Part shown: one piece after another, positions 1-7,552 of the stretch
Layout: the number at the start of each line of letters is the position of its first letter
Position numbering within the stretch: the first letter of the stretch is position 1
Assembly (NCBI GenBank): GCA_038153405.1
Contig: JAYOYH010000021.1
Location: forward strand, 31,640 to 45,812
DNA: 14,173 nucleotides
Direction: 5' to 3'
DNA from: Gemmatimonadota bacterium
GTDB taxonomy: Bacteria; Latescibacterota; UBA2968; UBA8231
Program-made: the position numbers and the translations under genes
The notes under the pieces: generated by a model
What the model was told of the DNA's origin: nothing
What the model saw: only the letters and a program-made list of their open reading frames with translations
Databases searched by the model: none

Positions 1-772
1 CGAACAGCCGCAGCGTGCGGCGGTCGTTGCGCGCGCGGGCCGCTCGGCAGATCGCCTCTACGGCGGGCACGTCAAAGCGGTCGCGGTGCGGCAGGCCAAC
101 GCGCTGAAAGTAGGCGCTGATAAAATAGCGCGTGTGTTCTGAAGTATTGATGGATCCAGCGTGGAGTAGCTCGTTGTGGGTGAAGACCATATCGCCTGCG
201 GAGAGTTCCACGAGCACTTCGCGCGGGTGCGGCTGGTTGCGTTCCTGTGCAGGGATGTGACTAAAGTCTAGATGCGAACCCGGCACGACGCGCAGTGGAC
301 CGCTCTCGCCCGTCATGTCCTGCAGGTAGGTCAGGCAATTACAGGCTGTGGGCGCGGTGTAGGGATGTGGCTTGAAGTGTGCGCTCGATGGATGGTTGGC
401 CCACATATCCGAGTAGTTAAACGCGTCGCGGTGCCAGTCGGCTACGCGGTTAAACTGCTCGGCGGGCCGGCTGGGAAACCCCGTAATCTCAAAGCTGTCC
501 AGCTGCACAAAAGGACCCATTACCCGCTCGGCAAAATCGAGCAGATGCGGGTCGAGTACGTGCTCTTTGAGCAGGTCGGCCAGCCCGGGATGGGCCATGA
601 TGTCGGCAATGGTCGTGCGCGCCCTTTCGGGCTCGGCGGCAAAACGCTGTGCAAATTCGGGATCGACGGCTGCGCGGACGGCGCGCAGCCGCTCGTTTGG
701 CATAAAGCCGCGAAAAATTGTGTATCCGTCGCGCTGATACTCGGCGAAGTGTGTCTCTATTGCACGATCCAC
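1..772 (-). CDS. Phytanoyl-CoA dioxygenase (PhyH)-family Fe(II)/2-oxoglutarate dioxygenase, 3' end beyond the window edge
   Basis: Manual translation from GTG at 772, open to the window edge: MDRAIETHFAEYQRDGYTIFRGF...DWHRDAF...TYLQDMTGESGPLRVVPGSH...LSAGDMVFTHNELLHAGSINTSEHTRY. Has the N-terminal DGY motif, the HxD iron ligands (WHRD), GxLxVVPGSH, a distal His (LLHAG) and a 2OG-binding Arg. Missing from the ORF track because its stop lies outside the window. Confidence 0.9.
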   Translation of the reverse strand, partial: MDRAIETHFAEYQRDGYTIFRGFMPNERLRAVRAAVDPEFAQRFAAEPERARTTIADIMAHPGLADLLKEHVLDPHLLDFAERVMGPFVQLDSFEITGFPSRPAEQFNRVADWHRDAFNYSDMWANHPSSAHFKPHPYTAPTACNCLTYLQDMTGESGPLRVVPGSHLDFSHIPAQERNQPHPREVLVELSAGDMVFTHNELLHAGSINTSEHTRYFISAYFQRVGLPHRDRFDVPAVEAICRAARARNDRRTLRLF

Positions 773-783
773 GGCGCAGCTAC

Positions 784-3051
784 CTAACCCTTGGCCAGCG
801 ATGCCAGCACGCGCGCTGGGCTCATGGGCAGGTCGTCGATGCGCTGGCCGATGGCGCGGTAGACGGCGTTGGCGATGGCAGCTAGCGGCGGCACGATGGG
901 CACTTCGCCGACGCCGCGCACGCCGTAGGGATGGCCGGGATTGTGCACCTCGACGATGACAGTGTCGATCATCGGCAGGTCGAGTGCCGTCGGCATGCGG
1001 TAGTCGAGAAAGCTGGCGTTTTGCATGCGGCCATCTTCGCCCAGAAAGTACTCTTCGTTAAGCGCCCAGCCGATGCCCTGCACGGCGCCGCCTTGAATTT
1101 GTCCCTCTACATACGACGGGTGAATGGCCTTGCCGGCGTCCTGCACCGCTGTGTAGCGCAGGACAGTAACTTTGCCCGTTTCGGGGTCGACCTCGACGTC
1201 GACGATGTGGGTACCTAACGCCGGTCCAGCGCCGCCCTTGTTGACGCCAGCGCGCCCGACGATGGGACCGCCCGTTTCGTTCTGTTTGGCGGCCAGCTCC
1301 CGAAACGACATGCATTTTTCGACGTCCGTTCTATGCTGGAGCGCGCCGTCGGCGTATTCGACTTCGTCGGCGGTGCACTCCCAGAAGTCTGCGGCGCGCG
1401 CGATGGCTTGCTGTTTGATGTCTTGCGCCGCTTCGTAGGCGGCCCAGCCCGTCTTAAAGGTCACGCCGCTGCCGCCCGTCATCGAGGTGTAGCCGATTGA
1501 GTCTGTGTCGGCTATTTGCGGTTTGACGTCCCCCACGTCGATGCCGAGGACTTCGGCCAACTGCTGGGCGATGGAGGTGCGCGTGCCGCCGATATCGGGC
1601 GAGCCCTCGGCCAGCGTTACGGTGCCATCGGCGATAACCGTTGCCACTGCACAGGACGGCCCCGAGCCGTTGCCCCAATAGCCCGAGGCCACGCCGCGAC
1701 CGCGGTAGGGCCCTTCTAACGGCGCGCTGTAGTGTGGGTGGTTGCGCGTGGCTTCCAACACTTCGGTAAAGCCGACGTTGGGCATCAGCGTGCCAAAAAC
1801 GCGCCGCGTGCCCTCGCGTGCGCTATTTTGGATGCGCAGTGCGATCGGATCGATGCCCAGCTTTTCGGCCAGCTCGTCGAGTGTCGTTTCAAAGGCAAAG
1901 GCGGCGGCCGGCGAACCGGGGGCGCGGTAGGCCGCCGTTTTCTGCGTATTGCAGACCACGTCGAACCCTTCGATGCGCGCGTTGGCAATATCGTATGGGG
2001 ACATCATGCAGCGCGCGCCGCCCTGCACAGACGAGCCGGGAAAGGCGCCGGCGGCATAGGTCATAATCGCTTCGGCGGCGGTGATCTTGCCGTCTTGGGT
2101 TGCCCCGATCTTTACCTTGATGTGCGAGCCGGAGGTAGGGCCGGTGCCCTCGAACACTTCCTGGCGGCTCATGACGACTTTGACGGGAGCGCCGGCCCTG
2201 CGCGCTAGTAGCGCGGCGACGGGTTCGCAGTAGACGCGCAGTTTGGCACCGAAGCCGCCGCCGATCTCCATCGGCACCGCTTTGATTTTAGAACTGGGGA
2301 TGCCGAGGCAGCGCGCGGTGAAGTCGCGCACATTGAAGTGGCCCTGACTGCTCGACCACAGCGTCAGGCGTCCGTCTTCCTGCCACTGCGCGGTGCCGGC
2401 ATGCGGTTCGATATAGCCCTGGTGCACCGACTTGGTCGTCGTCTCTTTTTCAATGCAAATATCTGCTGCAGCAAAGCCCTCGCTCAAGTCGCCGATGGCA
2501 AATTCAAAGCGACTGGCCACGTTGGGTGCGGTGGCCATAGTTTCACCGGCCGCCGGCGGAGGCGTGGGCAGGTCCGGGTGCAAAACAGGGGCGTCGGGCC
2601 GCATGGCATCGAGTGCGGTAAAGACGGCGGGCAGCACGTCGTATTGGACGTCGATCAGGGCCAGCGCCTCTTCGGCAATATGCGGATTGGTGGCGCAGAC
2701 GGCGGCCAGCGCATGGCCGCGATAGAGGACTTTGCCGCGCGCCATGACGTTCATGCAAGTGAAGGCGAAATTGCGATCGCCTTCGGGCAGCGGTGCAAAA
2801 TCATCGGCGGTGATGGCGGCGCGCACACCGGGCAGGGCCAGCGCCTTGCTCAGATCGATCGACTTGATAACGGCGTGGGCGTGCGGCGAGCGCAGCACCT
2901 TGCCATAGAGCAGGCCGGGCAGCGAGATGTCGGCGCTGTAGCGGGCTTTGCCGGTTACTTTCTCCACGCCGTCGTGACGCACGGGGCGTTTGCCAACGCT
3001 GTTGTATTCGCGCGTGGAAAGTACTTGGTTCGGATTGTAAGTAAGGGTCAT
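784..3051 (-). CDS. Xanthine dehydrogenase/CoxL-like molybdopterin-binding large subunit (molybdenum hydroxylase family), 755 aa
   Basis: Motifs KVTGKARY, LRSPHAHA, SSQG, GGGFGAK, AYRAPG, GQIQGGAVQGIG, DYRMPT and the catalytic Glu in GVGE. SD AGAGGA at 3059-3064, 7 nt before the ATG. Substrate unknown. Confidence 0.93.
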   Translation of the reverse strand: MTLTYNPNQVLSTREYNSVGKRPVRHDGVEKVTGKARYSADISLPGLLYGKVLRSPHAHAVIKSIDLSKALALPGVRAAITADDFAPLPEGDRNFAFTCMNVMARGKVLYRGHALAAVCATNPHIAEEALALIDVQYDVLPAVFTALDAMRPDAPVLHPDLPTPPPAAGETMATAPNVASRFEFAIGDLSEGFAAADICIEKETTTKSVHQGYIEPHAGTAQWQEDGRLTLWSSSQGHFNVRDFTARCLGIPSSKIKAVPMEIGGGFGAKLRVYCEPVAALLARRAGAPVKVVMSRQEVFEGTGPTSGSHIKVKIGATQDGKITAAEAIMTYAAGAFPGSSVQGGARCMMSPYDIANARIEGFDVVCNTQKTAAYRAPGSPAAAFAFETTLDELAEKLGIDPIALRIQNSAREGTRRVFGTLMPNVGFTEVLEATRNHPHYSAPLEGPYRGRGVASGYWGNGSGPSCAVATVIADGTVTLAEGSPDIGGTRTSIAQQLAEVLGIDVGDVKPQIADTDSIGYTSMTGGSGVTFKTGWAAYEAAQDIKQQAIARAADFWECTADEVEYADGALQHRTDVEKCMSFRELAAKQNETGGPIVGRAGVNKGGAGPALGTHIVDVEVDPETGKVTVLRYTAVQDAGKAIHPSYVEGQIQGGAVQGIGWALNEEYFLGEDGRMQNASFLDYRMPTALDLPMIDTVIVEVHNPGHPYGVRGVGEVPIVPPLAAIANAVYRAIGQRIDDLPMSPARVLASLAKG

Positions 3052-3104
3052 AGCATCGTCCTCTTATCGCGTCATTGGATAATGATCCTTGGTTGGGCTA
3101 CGGC

Positions 3105-3872
3105 CTAGGCCAGCGCTAGCACCTCTTCCAAGTAGTCTAGGTTTTCGTCGATCTGGCACTCGTCCATCATGCCCAGCACCATGGCGTGCACGCCATCGAC
3201 GGCAAAGGAGTAGTGAATGGCACGGCGCGGATCGTTGGTCAACTCGCTGCCGCCGCCGACTACTTTCATGGCATAGACGCCTTTGCCGGACAGGGCCATG
3301 CGTGCGATAACGGGAGCGACGTTGTCGGGCGTGTCGTCCATGGCGTGGCCGGCATAATTGATCCGCGCCAGCACGACGTCTACCCAATCGCAGTCGGCCG
3401 CCGCGCAGAACGCGCCAAAATCGTGACAGGATACGCCGACGGCGCGGATGACACCGCGCTCCTTGTATTCGCTGAGTATGTCCATGGCTGCGCGGTGTTC
3501 AACGGGCCAGTCGGCGCTGGTTTGGCAATGCAGCAGCACAATATCGAGGTAGTCGGTGTCCAATTCGCAGAGAAAGCGCTCGAGGTCGGCGCGCACAGCG
3601 GGTGCCTGACGCGCGGTGGTCTTGGTGGTAATGGTTACGTTTTCCCTTCCGACGCGCTGATGGGCACAGGCGACGTGGGGATGTGTGCCGTAGCCATCGG
3701 CCGTATCCCAAAAACGTATGCCGCGCTCGTAGCCGTAGCACAGCAGGTCGGCGAGGCGTTCAACGCCTAGATCGCTCTGATTTGAACGGCCGTTGTAGCC
3801 GTTGGTGCCCGTGCCAAAGCACAGGGGGGAAACGCTCAGCCCGCTCAGGCCTAAATCCACTTTCTGCAGCAT
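3105..3872 (-). CDS. Aldo/keto reductase, 255 aa
   Basis: LGLSGLSVSPLCFGT N-terminus; catalytic tetrad D/Y (WDTADGYG), K (TTKT), H (DIVLLH); also VGVSCH and AMKVVGGG. Start moved from the track's 3998 (upstream of the non-coding hairpins at 3903-3982) to ATG 3872, which has SD GGAGA at 3880-3884. Confidence 0.92.
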   Translation of the reverse strand: MLQKVDLGLSGLSVSPLCFGTGTNGYNGRSNQSDLGVERLADLLCYGYERGIRFWDTADGYGTHPHVACAHQRVGRENVTITTKTTARQAPAVRADLERFLCELDTDYLDIVLLHCQTSADWPVEHRAAMDILSEYKERGVIRAVGVSCHDFGAFCAAADCDWVDVVLARINYAGHAMDDTPDNVAPVIARMALSGKGVYAMKVVGGGSELTNDPRRAIHYSFAVDGVHAMVLGMMDECQIDENLDYLEEVLALA

Positions 3873-3950
3873 GACGGATTCTCCGCGTAGACTCGTGGCA
3901 TAGCCGGCGGTTTCACCGGCAGAACAGGTGATATTAATTGCGAATGAAAG

Positions 3951-3982
3951 CGCTCTGCGCAAGAGCGGACTTGCGCAGAGCG
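3951..3982. repeat. Perfect 13-bp inverted repeat (CGCTCTGCGCAAG-agcgga-CTTGCGCAGAGCG)
   Basis: Arms 3951-3963 and 3970-3982 are exact reverse complements with a 6-nt loop; non-coding, between the tRNA terminator and the aldo/keto reductase start. Confidence 0.85.
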
Positions 3983-3996
3983 TCGGTCTGGTAGGC

Positions 3997-4036
3997 AAAA
4001 CAAAAAAGGGACACCCTCTTTGGGCATCCCTTTTTT
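3997..4036 (-). terminator. Rho-independent terminator downstream of tRNA-Glu
   Basis: Minus strand reads AAAAAA-GGGATGCCC-AAAGA-GGGTGTCCC-TTTTTTGTTTT: a 9-bp stem (two G-U pairs that form only on the minus strand) followed by a U-tract. The flanking A6/T6 could make it weakly bidirectional. Confidence 0.88.
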
Positions 4037-4038
4037 AC

Positions 4039-4067
4039 TTGCTTTCGTGCGGCGCGAACGAAAGCAA
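4039..4067. repeat. Perfect 10-bp inverted repeat in the tRNA 3' trailer (TTGCTTTCGT-9 nt-ACGAAAGCAA)
   Basis: Arms 4039-4048 and 4058-4067 are exact reverse complements; starts 2 nt after the tRNA CCA end. Confidence 0.8.
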
Positions 4068-4069
4068 CA

Positions 4070-4144
4070 TGGCGCTCCCACGGAGACTCGAACTCCGGCT
4101 ACAGGGTTGAAAACCCTGGGTCCTAACCGCTAGACGATGGGAGC
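4070..4144 (-). tRNA. tRNA-Glu (anticodon TTC), 75 nt, encoded CCA
   Basis: Reverse complement folds as GCTCCCA-TC-GTCT-AGCGGTTA-GGAC-C-CAGGG-TTTTCAA-CCCTG-TAGC-CGGAG-TTCGAGT-CTCCG-TGGGAGC-G-CCA. U11-A24, U13-G22 and the 4-nt variable loop are typical of bacterial tRNA-Glu. Confidence 0.97.
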
Positions 4145-4167
4145 GAACATTACTCTATAAAGCGAAA

Positions 4168-4196
4168 AATATAGAATAAGCGCACTTTTTTGGCAA
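4168..4196 (-). promoter_or_regulatory. Sigma70-type promoter for tRNA-Glu
   Basis: Minus strand TTGCCA (4196-4191), 17-nt spacer, TATATT (4173-4168), in an AT-rich patch 23 nt upstream of the tRNA 5' end. Confidence 0.75.
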
Positions 4197-4230
4197 GCGC
4201 GTTATAGCAATTTATCCCGCCGTTTTACCG

Positions 4231-5664
4231 CTAGGCGAACGAATCCATATCTGGATGTAAATGGATCCATTCCGTCGCCTGCTCGTAGGTGCGCGCCAAG
4301 CGCAGCAGACGCGCCTCGTCTCCGGGTTTACCGATGAGCTGTAAGCCGATGGGGAGGCCGTCGCGAGTCTGGCCGCAAGGAAGGCTTATCGCACAGAGCC
4401 CCAATGCGTTAACGGCACTCGTATTGCGCAGGCAGAGGCCGTTTATGCGGAAGTAGACGTCGTCGATATCTACATCCCGCACGGGTGGAGCAGCAAAGGG
4501 CGTAGTCGGCGTAATAAGGAAATCGACCGCTTCTAGCGCGCGCAGTGCCTTGGCGCGTAGGGCGTCGCGCGCGCGCAGCTGAGCGAGGAAGTCGACGGCG
4601 GCAATATCGCGCCCGTCTAGCATGCGCGCCGAGACGATTTCGTCGAATTGCTCGAGATGATCCTGCAGATCGCGGCGGTGATAGAGGTAGCTCTCTACCG
4701 CCGTGACGTTGGCGCCGGTGCGCCAGTGGCTCAGATCGTCGAGCACCTCTAGCGAAATTTCGTCGACGTGCACGTTGAGATCGGCAAATACCTGTGCCGT
4801 GGCGCGCACGGCGGCTTCGACTTCTTCGTCTACGTCGGCCCAGAAGAACTCGCGCGGAAAGCACAGCCGCAGTCCTTTTACATCGCCATCCAGAGCGTCA
4901 ATACCGGCGAAGGGTGACTGCCCCGAGGTATTGGGGTCGGCTGGATCGGGTCCGCACAGAGCCTGAAAGAATACGGCGCAGTCCTCGACCGAGTGGCATA
5001 GCGGCCCGATGGTGTCGAGTGTTGGATCGAGCGGCAGGACGCCGCTATTGGATATGGAACCAAAGGTGGGCTTGAGTCCGACCAGTCCGCAAAACGAAGA
5101 GGGAATGCGCACGGAGCCGCCGGTGTCCGAACCGAGGGCGGCCGGAGCCAGGCCGGCGGCAACGGCGACACCCGAACCGGAAGAAGAACCGCCCGGCAGG
5201 CGCGCCATGTCGGCATCCCAGGGATTCCACGGCGTGCCGTAGTGGTGGTTAATGCCGGCGCCGCCGAAGGCGAACTCGACCATATGGGTCTTGCCCAGCA
5301 GCACCGCTCCTTCGCGGAACAGGCGGCTGGCGACGTGGGCATCGGCCTTGGCTACTTGGCTGCGGCGCAGTATGGAGCCCCCGGTCGTCACCATGCCCTC
5401 TACGTCAATCAGATCTTTGAACGCCAGCGGTATGCCGTGCAGCGGGCCGAGAAAATGGCCGCGCGCCATCAGCGCCTCGCTCGCCTGTGCTTGGGCGCGC
5501 GCTCGCTCGTGCGCGACGGCAATATAGGCGTTAAGGGCGGGATCGAACTGCTCTATGCGCCCGAGGAAAAACTCGGTCAGTTCGACGGGTGAAATATCGC
5601 GTCGGCGCAGCATGCTGCCCAATTCGACGACGGATGCAAAAGCGAGCGACTCGTCCATATCCAT
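4231..5664 (-). CDS. Amidase-signature family amidase (GatA-like fold, probably not true GatA)
   Basis: Ser-cisSer-Lys triad motifs: GPLHGIPLAFKD, PGGSSSGS, GSDTGGSVRIPSSFCGLVGLKPT; C-terminal GLPIGLQLIG. SD AAGGA (5668-5672) is better spaced for the second ATG at 5658, which may be the real start. Confidence 0.92.
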   Translation of the reverse strand: MDMDESLAFASVVELGSMLRRRDISPVELTEFFLGRIEQFDPALNAYIAVAHERARAQAQASEALMARGHFLGPLHGIPLAFKDLIDVEGMVTTGGSILRRSQVAKADAHVASRLFREGAVLLGKTHMVEFAFGGAGINHHYGTPWNPWDADMARLPGGSSSGSGVAVAAGLAPAALGSDTGGSVRIPSSFCGLVGLKPTFGSISNSGVLPLDPTLDTIGPLCHSVEDCAVFFQALCGPDPADPNTSGQSPFAGIDALDGDVKGLRLCFPREFFWADVDEEVEAAVRATAQVFADLNVHVDEISLEVLDDLSHWRTGANVTAVESYLYHRRDLQDHLEQFDEIVSARMLDGRDIAAVDFLAQLRARDALRAKALRALEAVDFLITPTTPFAAPPVRDVDIDDVYFRINGLCLRNTSAVNALGLCAISLPCGQTRDGLPIGLQLIGKPGDEARLLRLARTYEQATEWIHLHPDMDSFA

Positions 5665-5725
5665 ACGTCCTTGATATCGCCGACCGCGAGCGGCCGTGCA
5701 TGGCTATAAAACCGCAGGTAGGGAG

Positions 5726-7537
5726 TTAATCTAATAAAGAAAAACCCGCGTAGCCCATGCGGTCTTCTTCGCCCTCGACATCGCCGTTGGGGAAGTACTC
5801 GCTCCAGCGGCGCGTCACCTGTTTAACTACCGACTCATCGGCAACCACCTCGCCGGGGTAGCCCGGCTTCATGCGGCAGTCGAGCACGATGGGCGGTTGG
5901 TAGCAGGGGTGGTGGCGACGCAGCTCTACGCCGGCTGCGTAGATATCGGCCGCCGGCTCGAAGCGCGTAAAAGTGCTCCACAGAAAAGTGATGTTTTTTT
6001 CGACCACGCGCGCGTCGTCGACCAGAAAGACCAGCGGCCATTCGGCCAAGCTAACATCGCGTGCCAACTGCTGTGCGTAGTTGGGGTCTTCCAAGTAGGA
6101 AGGACCCTGCACGGCCAAGCCGCCGCTGCAGTAGACGCCAACGGCCTGCGCGCCGCCCGGAAGCGGTCCGCTGAATTCGCCCGGCAGGGAGCGCACGGGA
6201 TCGCCGACGCCGATGAGAATGCCCTTGCTGCCCTTGTTGACCTCGGGGCCGGTATAGTCGAGGGTGTCCATAGCCAAGTTGGCAAGGACGAAAAGATCCG
6301 TTTGCAGCTGGGTGCGGGCCAGCGCGTATTCGAGCACGCGGCGGAAGTTGCCCAGATCGAACGGCGCATCGACGACGACGAGAAACTTGGTCAGGTTGAG
6401 CTGGCCGCCGTCTTCGCCGAGAATGCGGAAGGCGAACTTCATGGCTTCGCGCGGATAGCGCTCGGCAACGGCGATGGTAGAAAGCGAGTGGTAGCCGGTC
6501 TCGCCGTAGCTCCAGATGGCGCGAATAGCCGGCATGACCAGCTTGGTCAGCGGTGCCATGAGCTCCTGGATATAGGTGCCTAGGAAAAGGTCCTCCTGCG
6601 GTGGTTTGCCGACGACGGTGGCTGGAAAGATCGCATCCCTGCGGTGAAAGACGCGATCGACTTGTAGAATGGGATAATCGTGTTGCAGCGAATAGTAGCC
6701 GTAGTGGTCGCCAAACGGGCCTTCGGGCTGGCGCACGTGCGGCGGTACTACTCCACAGATGGCAAATTCGGCCTCGGCGACCAGCGGCAGTTTGGCCTCG
6801 GGATGATTGATTTTGCGCAGGCGCTCGCCCTGCAAGAGCGAGGCCAAAACGAGCTCGGGCAGGTCTTCGGGCAGCGGTGCAATGGCCGATAGCATCAGTG
6901 CGGGAGGGCCGCCGACAAAGAGCGTCATGGGCAGGGCTTGGTTGCGCTGCTCGGCTACGTGGTAGTGAAAGCCACCGCCCTTTTGAATTTGCCAGTGCAC
7001 GCCTACGGTGCGGGCGTCGTGGCGCTGAATTCGGTACATGCCAAGGTTGTGATGGCCGGTGTCCGGGTGGTGGGTATAGACCAGCGGTAGGGTTACGAAA
7101 TGGCCGCCGTCTTCGGGCCAGGTTTTGAGCATGGGAATGCGCGTCAAATCCGGTTCGCGCTGCACGACCTCGGCAATGGGGCCACTGCGCACGGTTTTCA
7201 TGCCGACGCGCAGTGCCTCTGGCACGATGGAGCGATGGCCCCATAGCTTGCCCGGCGACAGGGTCGGCAGATCCTGGGCGATCTGCACGAGCTGTTTGAT
7301 AAAGCGGTCTGGGCGTGTGCCAAACGCCAAATCGACCCGCTTGGGCGTTCCAAATAGGTTGGTCGCGCAGGGAAAGTCGGCGCCCTCAACGTTATTGAAT
7401 AGCAGAGCGGGTCCGCCCGCGGCAATGACGCGGCGGTGAATTTCGGCCAGCTCTTGGTCGGAAGATACGGGCACATCGACTTCGACGATTTCTCGTTCGC
7501 GGCGCAAGAGGTCTATATATTGTCGCAGGTTTTTCAT
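5726..7537 (-). CDS. ubiD: UbiD-family (prFMN-dependent) decarboxylase, long form, 603 aa
   Basis: GGPALLF, TNLFGT, WPEDGGHFVTLP, NLGMYRIQ, HWQIQKGG, catalytic EGPFGDHYGYY, ATVVGKPPQED, DTLDYTG. Family is secure; substrate (menaquinone-pathway or other aromatic acid) is not determined. Confidence 0.9.
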   Translation of the reverse strand: MKNLRQYIDLLRREREIVEVDVPVSSDQELAEIHRRVIAAGGPALLFNNVEGADFPCATNLFGTPKRVDLAFGTRPDRFIKQLVQIAQDLPTLSPGKLWGHRSIVPEALRVGMKTVRSGPIAEVVQREPDLTRIPMLKTWPEDGGHFVTLPLVYTHHPDTGHHNLGMYRIQRHDARTVGVHWQIQKGGGFHYHVAEQRNQALPMTLFVGGPPALMLSAIAPLPEDLPELVLASLLQGERLRKINHPEAKLPLVAEAEFAICGVVPPHVRQPEGPFGDHYGYYSLQHDYPILQVDRVFHRRDAIFPATVVGKPPQEDLFLGTYIQELMAPLTKLVMPAIRAIWSYGETGYHSLSTIAVAERYPREAMKFAFRILGEDGGQLNLTKFLVVVDAPFDLGNFRRVLEYALARTQLQTDLFVLANLAMDTLDYTGPEVNKGSKGILIGVGDPVRSLPGEFSGPLPGGAQAVGVYCSGGLAVQGPSYLEDPNYAQQLARDVSLAEWPLVFLVDDARVVEKNITFLWSTFTRFEPAADIYAAGVELRRHHPCYQPPIVLDCRMKPGYPGEVVADESVVKQVTRRWSEYFPNGDVEGEEDRMGYAGFSLLD

Positions 7538-7544
7538 GGGGCAG

Positions 7545-7550
7545 AATATA
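7545..7550 (-). promoter_or_regulatory. Putative -10 box for a leaderless ubiD transcript
   Basis: TATATT lies 7 nt (CTGCCCC) before the ubiD ATG; no SD in the 15-nt intergenic gap; no convincing -35. Confidence 0.4.
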
Positions 7551-7552
7551 CG

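Noticed and set aside
784..3051. Aerobic CO dehydrogenase (coxL) call
   Set aside because: Lacks the Cu-binding AYxCSFR loop, and no coxM/coxS or accessory genes are adjacent.
3900..3925. CCGGTGAAACCG resembling part of a cobalamin riboswitch
   Set aside because: The flanking GGGAA and B12-box elements are absent and the region is too short.
4070..4095. tRNA 3' end as the attachment site of a genomic island
   Set aside because: No integrase, no obvious composition shift and no long duplicate of the tRNA 3' end. The only match I noticed is a 10-mer (GCGCTCCCAC near 8276-8285) inside a CDS, consistent with chance.
4138..4144. tRNA-Glu in this window as the substrate of the Trm14-like methylase
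   Set aside because: The acceptor stem is GCTCCCA, so position 6 is C rather than G, and the genes are over 7 kb apart in different transcription units.
4070..5664. GatA-like amidase next to tRNA-Glu as a tRNA-dependent transamidation module
   Set aside because: No gatB or gatC nearby, the amidase has GKTHMVEFAFGG rather than the GatA-typical GKTNMDEFAMGS, GatCAB acts on tRNA-Gln/Asn, and the tRNA has its own promoter.
6051..7244. 397-aa alternative-frame ORF inside ubiD, and other long overlapping ORFs such as 272-787 (+), 2338-3108 (+), 5897-6583 (+) and 13466-13972 (+)
   Set aside because: Arg/Ala/Pro-rich or antisense shadow frames expected in GC-rich coding DNA; no motifs, and each overlaps a well-supported gene.
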